Part shown: positions 1-11,419 of the stretch, piece after piece | How the letters are laid out: every line of letters starts with the position of its first letter | Position numbering within the stretch: position 1 is the first letter of the stretch | Assembly: GCF_004010195.1 (NCBI RefSeq) | Contig: NC_057760.1 | Span: 1 to 48,606, forward strand | Reading direction: 5' to 3' | Source: Chiloscyllium plagiosum | Lineage: Eukaryota | DNA: 48,606 nucleotides | Made by a program: the position numbers and the translations under genes | The notes under the pieces: model-generated | The model's database searches: none | The model's input: the letters and a program-made list of their open reading frames with translations, nothing else | Told to the model about the DNA's origin: nothing

Positions 1-269
1 GCCCATTGGAAAATTTCAAAACTCCAGATTTCAGTCGGGAAAGAGGAATATTGAGGAGGGACACACAGTGTTGGTTTTCAGGTCAGCCACGATTCAGTTG
101 GAAGCCGGAACAGGCTAGAGGAGCAGAATGGCCTCTTCTCTGTCCCTAGGCCCCTCCCTGTTGCCATCTTCCAGAAATGGGCCTTGAACGTGAGTATTGC
201 CTGAGAAGCCACCTCCTGGAGAGCGAGAGTTGGCGTAAGGGGGTCCAGTCGTGATGCACAGCACAGTTC

Positions 270-693
270 GAGTCGTAGAGATGTACAGCCCGGAAACAGT
301 CCCTTCAGTCCAACTTGTCCATGCCGACCAAACTAATCTAGTCCCCTTTGCCAGCACTTGGCCCATATCCCTCCCAACCCTTCCTACTCGTGTACCCATC
401 CAGATGCCTTTTAAATGTTGTCATTGTACCAGCCTCCACACTTCCTCCAGCAGCTAATTCCATACACACAGCACTCTCTGTGTGAAAACGTTGCCCCTCA
501 GGTCCCTTTTAAATCTTCACTCACTCACCCTAAACCTACGCCCCTCTAGTTCTGGGCACCCCCACCTCAGGGAAAAGGTCTTGTCTATTTACCCTACCTT
601 TGCCCCTCAGGGTTTTTTAAACTTCTATAACGTCCACTCCTCAGCCTCTGATGCTCCAGGGAAAACAGCCCCAGCCTATTCAGCCTGTCCCTA
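270..693 (-). mobile_element. CR1/HER1 LINE 3' fragment
   Basis: Tail motif gagtcgtagagatgtacagc...gcccatatccct and antisense ORF2 C-terminus, repeated many times in the window. Confidence 0.85.
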
Positions 694-819
694 TTGATTT
701 GCCCCACTGAGCTCACAGGCCTCCGGCCTGTCCCGCCAACGTTCCTGTGAAGTGGCATCGTTTCGACGTGTCGTTTTTAACAAATGGCATTGACCTCTGA
801 CCCTTGCTCCCCTTTGCAG

Positions 820-978
820 GATTTACTGGCCCGACCCGGCCTGAAGGAGGGGCTCGAGAAATTTTGTCGGGGCGGGGGCTACGGTGTTCTGGTTGTCATG
901 ACGATCTCCTTCATCCAAGGGAGCCAACCTTTCCGCCAATTGGCAGTCTACAGCCCGCACTGTGACTTGAGAGAATCG
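820..978 (+). CDS. PRUNE1: PRUNE1 (exopolyphosphatase PRUNE1) penultimate coding exon, 159 nt, phase 0/0, DHHA2 region
   Basis: Acceptor cctttgcag|GAT and donor TCG|gtaggt. Translation DLLARPGLKEGLEKFCRGGGYGVLVVMTISFIQGSQPFRQLAVYSPHCDLRES matches the recalled vertebrate PRUNE1 segment (human [34 protein letters not shown]). Confidence 0.92.
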
Positions 979-1469
979 GTAGGTTCTGAGGGGCTAAGTG
1001 ACGGATTTGGTCTGGGTCGGGCCCTGGGGGTAAGAGTCTTGGAGGGAGGTTAAGCGCTGTCCACGCTGTTGTGGGTCTGGAATCGTGTGTAGGCCAGACT
1101 GGGGAAGGATGGCGGATTTCCTTCCCTGGAGGACGTTAGCGAACCAGACGGGTATTTTACAACAAACGGTAGTCTCAGTTACTGGGAGGAGTCACGTTCA
1201 ATTTGCGTCACGAGAATTGATTCTTGGTCATTCTCCAAGTGGATGTAACTCCAGTAAGTTACGGAGCTGTGTGTTTGAAAATGAAAGGGTTTTGCAAGGT
1301 TCTTGGGTAGAGATTGATTGGGGCCTCACACCTTTCAATGGGTGGATGCCAGAGGAATTTACAGAAAGGCTGTCAAAAGCACAGGGAGTGTTGGTTCCCA
1401 AGTTGTTCAATTTAACAAACTGGGTGACAGCTATTCACCAGTTCCTTCCTCAGAGCAGCGACCTGACCA

Positions 1470-2220
1470 ATCATAGAGTCCTGCAGCACAGAAATAGACT
1501 CTTCGGCCCAACCAGTCCGTGCTGACCATAATCCCCAAACTAAACTAAATATCCCTCCAAACCTTTCCCGTTCACATATTATCCAAATGTCTTTTAAATG
1601 TTGTAACTGTCCCAACATCCACCACTTTCGCTGGACGTTCGTTCCACACACGGACCACTCTGTGTTTTTTAAAAAAAATTGCCCCTCGTGTCTGTCTTAA
1701 ATCTCTCTCCCCTCTCACCTTAAAAACGATCCCCCTAATCTTGGAATTCCCCACCCTAGGGAAAGGACGTCTGCCATTCACCTCATCCATGCCCCTCATG
1801 ATTTTATAAATCTCTATAAGGTCACCCCTCCACCTCCTACACGCCAGTGAGAAAAGTCCCAGCCTCATCCAGAGCTGATGTTGAATCCAACCCATCTGCG
1901 CCAACCATAGATCCTCAATTCATCCACGCCCATTTGTCAGCACTTGGCCCATATCCCTCCAAACCCTTCCTATTCATGTCCCCATCCGGATGCCTTTTAA
2001 ATGCTGTCATTGTACCAGCCCCCACCACCTCCTCTGGCAGCTCGTTCTATACATGTACCACCTTCTGTGTGAAAAAGTTGTCCCTTGTAAATCTTTCCCC
2101 TCTCACCTTAAACCTAAGCCCTATAGCTTTGGACTCCCCTACCCTGGGAGGAAAAAGACCTTAGCTATTCACCCGATCTATGCCCCTTAGGATTTTATAA
2201 ACCTCTCTAAGGTCACCCCC
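1470..2220 (-). mobile_element. Two adjacent CR1/HER1 3' fragments
   Basis: Minus-strand translation LGLFSLACRRWRGDLIEIYKIMRG...VVRVWN is a CR1 ORF2 C-terminus. Confidence 0.85.
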
Positions 2221-2269
2221 TCCCCCTCAATCCTTTTTAGGGGTGAGAGGGGCAGGCCTGTGTTACCAT

Positions 2270-2500
2270 TACCTGTTCCTCTTTCACTCATCAGGACCAA
2301 TGCAAGAATGCCAAGTTTCAGCATGGATATGACAATTGACTCCAGCAGGAGTTAAGATGTCAGGGATTGGTCGTCCACTCTCCGGGGAGCGACTGAGTCA
2401 GCGCACCTCGCACCTTGTTGTGAGCGGGTGAAATCTGGCATTCTTGTCGTGAGCGGGCGAGATTTGGAATTCTTGCTATTGTCCTGACGAGCGGAAGACA
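2270..2500. mobile_element. Palindromic Penelope-like terminal-repeat relic
   Basis: catcaggaccaatgcaagaatgccaagtttca is inverted relative to tgaaatctggcattcttg...tgtcctgacg. The same motif occurs at 25060-25090 downstream of a GIY-YIG relic. Confidence 0.55.
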
Positions 2501-2971
2501 GACTCCTGGCCTTTATCCGTACCCCGTACGAGAGCTGTTTCAGCAGGGAAGGGAGCCCTGTTCGGGACGTGCATAACCCTGCTCCGTAGGCACTGCCAGG
2601 GTGTGGGGGGGGGGGGGGGGGTTCAGAGACAGGACCATCAAAACCCCAAGAAGGACTGTGGGAGAACTCTCCACTGATGCTGTAATCAAATAGACTTTAT
2701 CCAAAAATCAGGGAGACAATGACCGAGTGGTATTATCCCTGGACTGTTAATCCAGAGACCCAGGTAACGCCCTGGGTTCAAATCCTGTTTGTACAGGACC
2801 TGCTGTAATTTCCAGCGTTTTTTGTTTTCAGTGTAGATTCCAGCATCTGCAGTAATTTGCTCCTATGTTAAATGAGTTTGGGAACGTGGTTGGTGTGAAC
2901 TTGTACAATAAAAAATAAAGTAAAACTATGCCAGTCCTTCCCCTTCTTTCACGGCGTTGTGTTTTTGTAAA

Positions 2972-3285
2972 ATTCATTCACGGGATGAGGGTGTTGCTGG
3001 CTGGGCCAGTATTTATTGTCACTCTCTCATTGCCCAGAGGGCACTTGAGAGTTAACTATAGTCTGGAGTCGCATGTAGGCCAGACCAGGTAAGGATGGCA
3101 GCTTTCTTCCCTAAAGGACGTTCGGGAATCGACAATGGACCTCACTGTCATCATTTAGACCCTTTCTTCCAGATGTTACTGAGTTCAAATTGCACTAATT
3201 GCTGTGGCAGGATTTGAACCCAGGGCGTTACCTGGGTCTCTGGATTAACAGTCCAGGGATAATACCACTCAGTCATCGCCTCCCT
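2972..3285 (-). mobile_element. tRNA-derived SINE, second family (not HE1)
   Basis: Minus-strand head with A/B-box-like motifs (gagtggtattat...ggttcaaatcc). The core ggtctggagtcacatgtaggccagacc recurs near 1070, 25190, 26285, 26620, 45490 and, inverted, 32850. Confidence 0.7.
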
Positions 3286-3315
3286 GATTTTTGGATAAAG
3301 CCTATTTGATTAAAG

Positions 3316-3339
3316 GTGTGTGTGTGTGTGTGTGTGTGT
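3316..3339. repeat. (GT)n microsatellite
   Basis: Directly visible. Confidence 0.95.
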
Positions 3340-3576
3340 TGCTGGAAAAGTACAGCAGGTCAGGCAGCATCCGAGGAGCAGGAAAGATTGACGTTTCAGG
3401 CCGGAGCCTATAAACCCTATTCGAACCGCAGCAACTTAACGCTTGCACTTTTATATTTATTTAAACTTAGGCTATCTCCTTATGCTACTTTGGTAGGGGG
3501 AAGGGGGTCTCTGGTTTGGTCTGTAACTACGGGATGGATTGTTCCCCTCTGAGTCTCCCTCATTCTGTGATTGTAG

Positions 3577-3987
3577 GTGAGTCGGGCATTGGAGGAGTCA
3601 GAGACCCCTTCGCTACAGTTGACGCCAATGGACAGCCCAGATTCGGAAATCGCGGCCTACCACCAGGGAAATGGGCAGGCCTCTCGCAAGAAGGTGCTGC
3701 CGGTCGTCGGGGACTTTCTGAAGGCTCGGGAGGCCGGCCGGTCAGACTCCGCGGTCATCTGCCGAGGGTGGCTAACCGGCTTGCGGGCCCCAAGGGGGTG
3801 CCAGGAGGAGGATGGGGAGGAGGCTGTCCATGATGAAGAGGTCTGCCTACCCCCCACTCCTATGAACAGCCTGGTGGAGGGCTGCCCTCTGGACGGGGGG
3901 CTGCCCAAACTCTCGCAGGAGGCCATCTTGGAGCGGTTCGACAAAATGGCCGCCGAGGCCCCTGCGGTGGATTCCAGCGACAGCTAG
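3577..3987 (+). CDS. PRUNE1: PRUNE1 terminal coding exon (stop TAG 3985-3987)
   Basis: Acceptor ttgtag|GTG, in phase with the previous exon. Contains [16 protein letters not shown] and [29 protein letters not shown], matching PRUNE1 motifs AYLQGNTQVSRKKLLP and [29 protein letters not shown]. Confidence 0.95.
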   Translation: [136 protein letters not shown]

Positions 3988-4914
3988 GCCCGGAACTGCA
4001 GAGGTGGGATGGAGATTCTGGTTTTCACAGTCGAGGTTGTCAATGGGAGAGGAGTTGACTCGACAGTGGGGAAAGAGGCAGGTTTGAAACTAGCTGGAGT
4101 CTTGCCCAGGCTCCTGCCCTCGATGAACTTTTGCCTCCCTTCTAGGCAAGGAGACACTTTCCTTGACTTAACACCTGGTATTCCCCCCCCCCCCACTTCC
4201 TTCTTTCCCACCTATCCTCGCTTTTCCCACCTACTGCTACTGCGTGTCAATCTTCTGGAGAAAATGTGACCATGGCGTGATGTTGTGGCAGGGTATAATA
4301 ATTGGGGTGGGCGGGGGGGGGGGCGTGCGGATGTTGAAGGTTCAAAGGCACAATGGGGCTAATGGCGTCTTCCTCTGCTGTCCTGTTGCTTGGCATCCTG
4401 ACACCAACATCCACAGGAGGAGGCCATTCAGCCCCTTCAGTCTCTTCCTCCTTTCAGCGGGGCATCCGGTTTCCTCCCCACAGTCCAAAGACGTGCAGTA
4501 GGGTACAGGGGCTGGGTTGGGATGGGCTGAATGACCTCTCTTTGCACTGCAGGGATTCTAGTGTTCTAACTCTACCTAGGCTTGGAGGGGCCAAATGGCT
4601 TCCTATCCCTATTTTCTTTCCCCAAGTTTCTAAAAATGAGCTGATTTGGGCGAGACGATGGCTCAGTGGTTGGCGCTACTGCCTCACGGTGCCAGGGACG
4701 GATGATCTTCGGAGGCTTGTGGTCTGGTCCCAATGGTCCCTGGTGCGGTAAGGCAGCAGTGGTTAAGGAGAGACGAGGGGAGGGAGCGTGGGTCCGGGGC
4801 AAATGAAGTTGCAGGGGGCAATGGCCAGCATTCATCGGCTCTGCACCTGGCTTGGGGTAGTGGGGGGGGGGGGGGGTGGGTCCCTCCACCTGAGCACAGA
4901 GGGCCATTAGAGAT

Positions 4915-5102
4915 TCGTCGGTTTTGCTATAACGCCCGTTTCTTCAACGTGAGTTGGCGACTGAAAAATTTCGACTGTCTAGAAGCGAAACGTTCCTTCC
5001 CTTACGCCGGCTGGATCGCGGTTGGCGTAAATGGTGGTGCGATGATGCGATTTTCTTATAACGCGGGGTCGCACCGGGGCGGTTATATCAGAACCAACTG
5101 TA
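4915..5102. mobile_element. Tigger/pogo-like MITE
   Basis: Imperfect terminal inverted repeats gtcggttttgctataacgc ... gcggttatatcagaaccaactg followed by TA. Confidence 0.6.
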
Positions 5103-5919
5103 CGTTCCATCCGGGAAGGGCCCAGTGGAACGGCTTTCCCTAAACCCCTCCCCTGATGGTGAGACGCAGTGAGATCAGACCGGTCCAAATGAGCGGGAGG
5201 TGGGGTCCGCGAATGAACGCTCTGTGGCCGGGTTGAGACGCCTCAGACAGCAGCCTTCCACCTCCCGGAGACGTCGACAGGTTCTCCTTCGTGTTTCCGA
5301 AGCCAAAAATGGAAAAAAGATTGACTGGGCGTACGTGCGTCGGTGGAAACATGTTTGATTGAAATTTCTGGTGCGGTGTTTGAGCGCAAAATGCGTCTGG
5401 GCGGGTGGGGGTGGTGGGGAAATGATTGTAAAATAGAACCATTGGTATTTTCAGGGTTAGGGAGTTTGTATCTGCGTTCGGGTACACCATCCCGGGCCAG
5501 AGAATGTCTGTTTGATCTCCCCGCATCTGACGCACCTCTTCTACGGTGATCTCTGAATTCCTCAGTCGAACATCTTCAGTGTATTCTCCACCTCCCCTTC
5601 ACACACAACGTCAGAAGGGAATGGAGTGGAGGAGAATGGAGGACCCAGGCAGTTGTCCTGTTTTCCCCACCCCCTTCTCTTCTCTCTCTTCCCCCATCCA
5701 TCCCCCCCCCACTTCCTTCAATTCCTTCCCTCAACCCTTAACTCCATCCTGCCCTCCAATCCCTTGCCTTTCTCTTTCTCCATACCATGGTACTTGTGTG
5801 TTGCAGAATTATATGGCACTCCCTGGTACTCGATACAGGCCGTTCTGCTTCGTAGCGGTTTGTCTGCTGCACAATAAGACCTCCTGCCAAACCTCTCTCC
5901 GATTATTGATCCCCACCCG

Positions 5920-6525
5920 TCAGCACGGAAACAGACCCTTTGGCCCGTACAGTCCATGCCGATCATCCTCTGTGTAAAATAAAACATTGTCTTGTGTCTT
6001 TTCTAGATCTCTCTCCTCTCATCCTAAACAATATCCATCCCAGAGTCTGGAAATCCCCCAACCCAGGGAAAAGACATCAACCATTAACTCTCTATACCCC
6101 TTATAAACGTCCATCAGGTCACCTCTCAACCTCCTACACTCTGGTGAAAAATGTCCCAGCCCATCCAGCCTCTTCCCCATAGCTGAAACCCTTCCATTCC
6201 TGACAACATCCTGGTAAATCTCTTCTGAACCCTGTCCACCTTCCTGAGATAACTGGGCGACCAGAACTGATTTGGACTAGAGGCCTCACCAAACTCCCTT
6301 TAATTCCCTTCTCTCTCACGTGCTGACCTGCTCCTTCAAGTTCTCAATCCAATACAGGACAAGACCAGGCCCGTCGAGCCTGCGCCAGTCCTTGTCCTTA
6401 TTTAGACCTGCTCCTTATTGGCCATCCATGAAATCTATCCCTCTGCTCGTCTCATGTTCACGTTAAACGTTGCTGACATATGCACTTCCGCCACCTCCAC
6501 TAGTAGCGCATTTCAGGCTCCCATC

Positions 6526-6566
<41 letters not shown>

Positions 6567-6840
6567 AAATATTTTCCCCATACTTGTCCCCTGAACTCCC
6601 CCCTCACCTTGAACCTGTGCTCTCTTGTAGCTGACCTTTCCACCTTGGGGGGTGGGGGAGAAACTACCAATCCTATCTATGCCCCTCTTATCATTTTGTT
6701 GGCCTCTGTCGGGTCACCCCTCAACCTCTGTCTTTCCAGTGAAAACCGTTTATTTAACCCACCCTCATAATTAAAAGCCCTCCAAACCAAGCAACGTCCC
6801 AGTAAACCTTCTCTCCACCCTCTCTAAAGCATATCTGTCC
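5920..6840 (-). mobile_element. CR1 3' fragments of two subfamilies, with (GT)n at about 6528-6559
   Basis: Antisense CR1 ORF2 end and 3'UTR motifs. Confidence 0.75.
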
Positions 6841-7256
6841 ACACCTTGAATCACTCGGTCTCATCTGCTATTTTCTGGTTCCTCCCGAGTCCCTGATTCA
6901 ATTCGTTACTGACTGACTGACTAATTTCAATGGTGATTGTTATGAGCCTAGTTAATGTTATTACTGGGTAAGTCAGATCCCAGACTCAAATCTGGCTTGA
7001 CTAATCTAGTTTTGGTTTGAATATGGCAGTCTCTCACTGTGACAGAAACACAAAATGTTGCTGATTTTTGGTTTAACGATAAAGCAAAAGTTTACTAGTC
7101 AAAATAAGTGCAGATAAAACAGAACACCAATTGATCCATGTATAACACCAAACTTTTAAAAGTGTTTAAATACACGATAAAAGCTTAATCCCAAAACACT
7201 CCTTTACCGATTCCAAAACATTCTGTGCAAAGTACTAAAAATTACCCCGTGTATGG

Positions 7257-7780
7257 TAGAGTCATAGAAATGTACAGCACAGAAACAGTCCCTTCCGTCC
7301 AACTCATCCAGATATCCTAACCAAATCTAGTCCCATTTGGCCCATATCCCTCTAAACCCTTCCTATTCATATACCCATCCACATGTCTTTTAAATGTTGT
7401 CATTGTACCAGCCTCCACCACTTCCTCTGGCAGCTCATTCCATACACGCATCACCCTCTGTGTGAAAAAGTTGTCCCTTTAGGTCCCTTTTAAATTTTTG
7501 CCCTCTCACTTCATACCCATGTCCTCTAGTTTAGGGCTCCCTTACCCTGGGGAAAAAGACCTTGGCTATTCACTCTTTCCATGCCCCTCACAATTTTGTA
7601 AACCTCAATAAGGTCACCCCTCAGCATCTGATACTGCAAAACCCCAGTCTATTCAGCCTCTCCTTATAGCTCAAACTTTTCAATATCCTTGTAAATCTTT
7701 TCTGAACCCTTTCAAGTTTAACAACATCTTTGCTAAAAGAGAGACCATATATGAACACAGTATTCCAAATGACTTGCTTC
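7257..7780 (-). mobile_element. CR1/HER1 LINE 3' fragment
   Basis: agagtcatag tail; HLEYCVHIWS on the minus strand. Confidence 0.85.
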
Positions 7781-8539
7781 AGAGAAAGAAAAAAGAATTG
7801 TTTTAAAATACCTCGACAGACTTAAACTTAACTCTGGAAAATTTGTTAACATCTTCCGAGAGCTTTCATTCACCATGATTTCAAGCATACTCAGCGTCTG
7901 TGACATTTTAACGCAAACATTTCTCATCTGGGACTAGACTAACCCCTTACTAAGAAGTTAGGTTAATCTAGTTTCGAAAACTAGCTCTCTCAAAACAAAA
8001 TCACCATGGCTACAGAAATACTTGCAAGTTAATTTAGTTCCTTCAGGGAGACAGCAAAACCAATATGTCATTATTCAAGAAACCAGAACTTTATGCGTGA
8101 TATCAAAATGTATACATCACCCACAGACTCTGGAGCTGGTAGCTGGGGTGTGATGGTTGGCTTTCTGAGGGAGAAATCAGCTATTGCAGGATAACCAGCC
8201 ACTAAATGAAGTGTGCATTGCATGTCTAACAAAGTATAGATCAATGTTTGCGGGATTCACTGTTTCAGGGGCCCCAGACATTGCACTATTGGTCCTGGCT
8301 ATTTCAACATTTACTTGTTTCAGATTCTGTTATATTGTCAGATATATTAAGGTGGTTTCAAATGTTTCCTGATCCCAGGCCAAATAGAAACACAAGCAAC
8401 TAGCGTGCAAGTCTACGTCTAACCTATGTTCATGTGTGTTTGTGAGAGCCAGCGATTTTAATAACTGACCCTGATTATTAATTTGGCCAGGGCTCAGTCA
8501 GTAACACACCCTCTGTCTGTCACCCCAAGCCACGAGGCT

Positions 8540-8955
8540 ATGGGTCCAGTATCCACAACCAGAGATGAGCACAGTATTGAAACTGACGTGGAGTGTCTGC
8601 AACATCTTAGGTGAGACCACCTGGGGACGCTGCCCCTTCTCTCCCACACCCGATATTTTGAAGAGCAGAAGAAAAGTTCCTCTCTGATGTCCCAGGCAAC
8701 GTTCCCTCTGCTGCACAGACCTCAGATTTCAACAGCAGAAGTCAGTAAGTTGTATGCGGATTGGCGTATGCGGATCTTCCACGCAGCAGTGTAATCCTGG
8801 GTCCCAAAATGTGTACCCCAACCACTTGGTAGAGAAACCAAATCTGCCCACCGTCGTGCTGAGGGTTCTTGCTGTGTTTAAATGGGCTGCCACATTACAA
8901 CAGTGACGATGTACCAGAAAGTATGTGGGTTGGCTGGGCACGGGTTTGTGATGCC
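8540..8955 (+). mobile_element. Degenerate DeuSINE (SacSINE1-like) relic
   Basis: gatattttgaagagcagaagaaaagttcc...gtcccaggcaac and ggctgccacattacaacagtgac resemble the recalled Deu-domain and tail. Confidence 0.5.
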
Positions 8956-10067
8956 AATGGTGTGGGTTCAGTTCTCCCTGAGATTACCAGGAAGGATTCT
9001 CCATCTCAACCTCTTCACTTTTTGCCTACGGGAGCGCTGACCCTCTGATTAAACCACCAGTCGTCTCTCAAATGAGAAAGAAGTCTCTCTAATGGTCTGG
9101 TAGGACTATGGTGACTTTTATCTTTACACTCCAAAAGTACATTAGTTTTAAAGCAGAGTTTGCAAAAAAAAAATGCAGTGCAAACTCGAGTCCCTGTCAA
9201 AACTGGTTAGTGGTGACATGCAAGCTAAGCTAAAGAGGAGAAACTAATCAAATATTAATGTTTAACTGAGGACAGTGTCAACAGATTGGATTATTGTTAA
9301 TTATCAACGACTACAGGTTTGTTGAGAGAGGATCTGGTGTTCATTTACAAGGAATTCTACAAGATGACTGAAGTGGACATGTTGACACAATCTGGGCATG
9401 ATTGGTTGCATTGTAGGTGATGTTTATCTCTCCTTGTGGTTTTATGGTGTTTTAATCTTGCCACAATTACAGTAGAGGACATAAATCTCAGAAGGAGAGT
9501 GATTTTTTTCAGCAGGGTCTGGCGGCCTGTCTTTCAGGTCGCACACGCGGTGGAACTGAATTATGGTGCCCTGCTCTGATTTCAATCCTCACCATGTCTG
9601 TCTTTGAGGCGTTGGGGATGGGGAAGTGCAGAAGGGGGTTTGGGGGTTGGTACATCAGGAAGAGGGAAGTCTAATGGAGCCTTTGGGATCTGGTGTAGGC
9701 CTTGGGAACAGATGTGGCAAAAAATGAAGGCATTAGGATTAAAATTGTTCTGATTTTTTACAATAATTAAAACCAATTAATTGTACAAAACATCCTGTCA
9801 GCTATCATCTCTTTACAGCTTTGTTCTTCGACTCGGTCAGATCTCGCGACCTTGTGCTTTGTAAGAACGACATTAGAACTAGGAGCTGCAAGATGCCATT
9901 CAGCCCTCTGAGCCTATTCTGTCGTTTTATTACGATTATGGCTGATCTCCTCTCAACACTTTGCTGCCTGTTCCCTATAACCTTCAACCTGTTACTGATT
10001 CAATCGCCTTTGATTGATTTGGTGTCACCTGCACTCTGGTTTAGTAAATTCCACAACACTTTGAGAC

Positions 10068-10480
10068 AAGTCATAGAGATGTACAGCATGAAAACAGACC
10101 CTTCGGTCCAACCCGTCCAGGCCGACCAGATATCACAACCCAATCTAGTCCCACCTGCCAGCACCCGGCCCGTTGCCCGCCAAACCCTTCCCATTCATAT
10201 ACCCATCCAAATGCTTTTTAAATGTTGCAATTATACCAGCCTCCACCACTTCCTCTGGCAGCTCGTTCCATACATGTACCATCCTCTGCGTGAAAAAGTT
10301 GCCCCTAAGGTCCCTTTTATATTTTTCCCCTCTCACCCTAAACCTATGCTCTCTAGTTCTGGCCTCCAACCCCCCTGGGAAAAGACTTTGCCTATTTACC
10401 CTATCCATGCCCCTCATAATTTTGTAAACCTCTATAAGGTCACCCCTCAGCCTCCGACGCTCCAGGGAAAACAGCTCCAG
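10068..10480 (-). mobile_element. CR1/HER1 LINE 3' fragment
   Basis: MRGMDRVNRQSLFP...FFTQRMVHVWNELPEEVVEAG. Confidence 0.9.
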
Positions 10481-10624
10481 TCTGTGTAATTCCTCCTTGT
10501 TTTGAATCCGCCAGCCCTGAGCCCAAACCTGTGGCCTCTCGTTCTAGATTACCTCACGAGGAGGAGCCATCACGTTATATCTAGTGTGTCAATCTCCTTT
10601 AGCATCTTGTATACCCCATTTGAG

Positions 10625-10915
10625 ATCATGGAACCCTTTCCTGTGTGGAAGGAGGCCATTTGGCCCATTAAGTCCACACCAACCCTCCGAATAGCATCCC
10701 TATAACCCCACATTTCCCATGGCTAACCCACCTATTGTTGATACTATGGGAGTAACTAAGCATAGACAATCTACCCTAACTTGGGCATCTTTGGACCAAG
10801 GAAGTCCGCACGGACACAGGGAGAACATGCAAACTCCACCCGGGACAGTTGCCCAGGGCTGGAATCGAACCTGGGTCTCTGACGCTGTGGAGGCAACAGT
10901 GCTAACCACTGAGCG
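10625..10915 (-). mobile_element. HE1 SINE
   Basis: Antisense tRNA-like head (gtgctaaccactgag), V-domain core and LINE-like tail. Confidence 0.85.
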
Positions 10916-11054
10916 ACCTTCATTCTTCAAAACCTGAGCCAGTGTGCACCTAAATTGCTTGCTGTGTCCTCAAGACAAACAAGCCTGGAATTAATCCAGT
11001 GCACCTTCTCTGAACCGCCTCCAGCGAAATGATATTTCCTGTGCTTCATAGATT

Positions 11055-11340
11055 CATAGGCTTTTACAGCGTGGAAACAGGCCCTTTAGCCCAATAAATC
11101 CACACCGACTCTCCGGAGAATAACCCACCCAGTCCCAGACCCATTCCCCTACTCTATATTTACAACTGACTAATGCACCTAACCTACACATCCCTGAACA
11201 CTTTGGGCAATTTAGCACGGCCAATTCACCTGACCTGCACATCTTTGGACTGTGGGAGGAAACCGGAGCACCCGGAGGAAACCCACGCAGACACGGGGAG
11301 AATGTGCAAACCCCGCCCCCGAGGCTGGGATCGAACCCTG
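11055..11340 (-). mobile_element. HE1 SINE (head truncated)
   Basis: atctttggactgtgggaggaaaccggagcacccggaggaaacccacgcagacac. Confidence 0.9.
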
Positions 11341-11419
11341 TGTTGATTGGGAGTAATTTTGTTGATGGGGAGACGGTGAAATACTGACAATGTCACTGGA
11401 AGAATAATCCAGAGGCCCC

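Noticed and set aside
5978..5983. AATAAA as the PRUNE1 poly(A) signal
   Set aside because: It lies inside an antisense CR1 fragment and cannot be assigned without transcript data.
9340..9420. Possible small exon MTEVDMLTQSGHDWLHCR
   Set aside because: Weak splice context and no recognisable homology.
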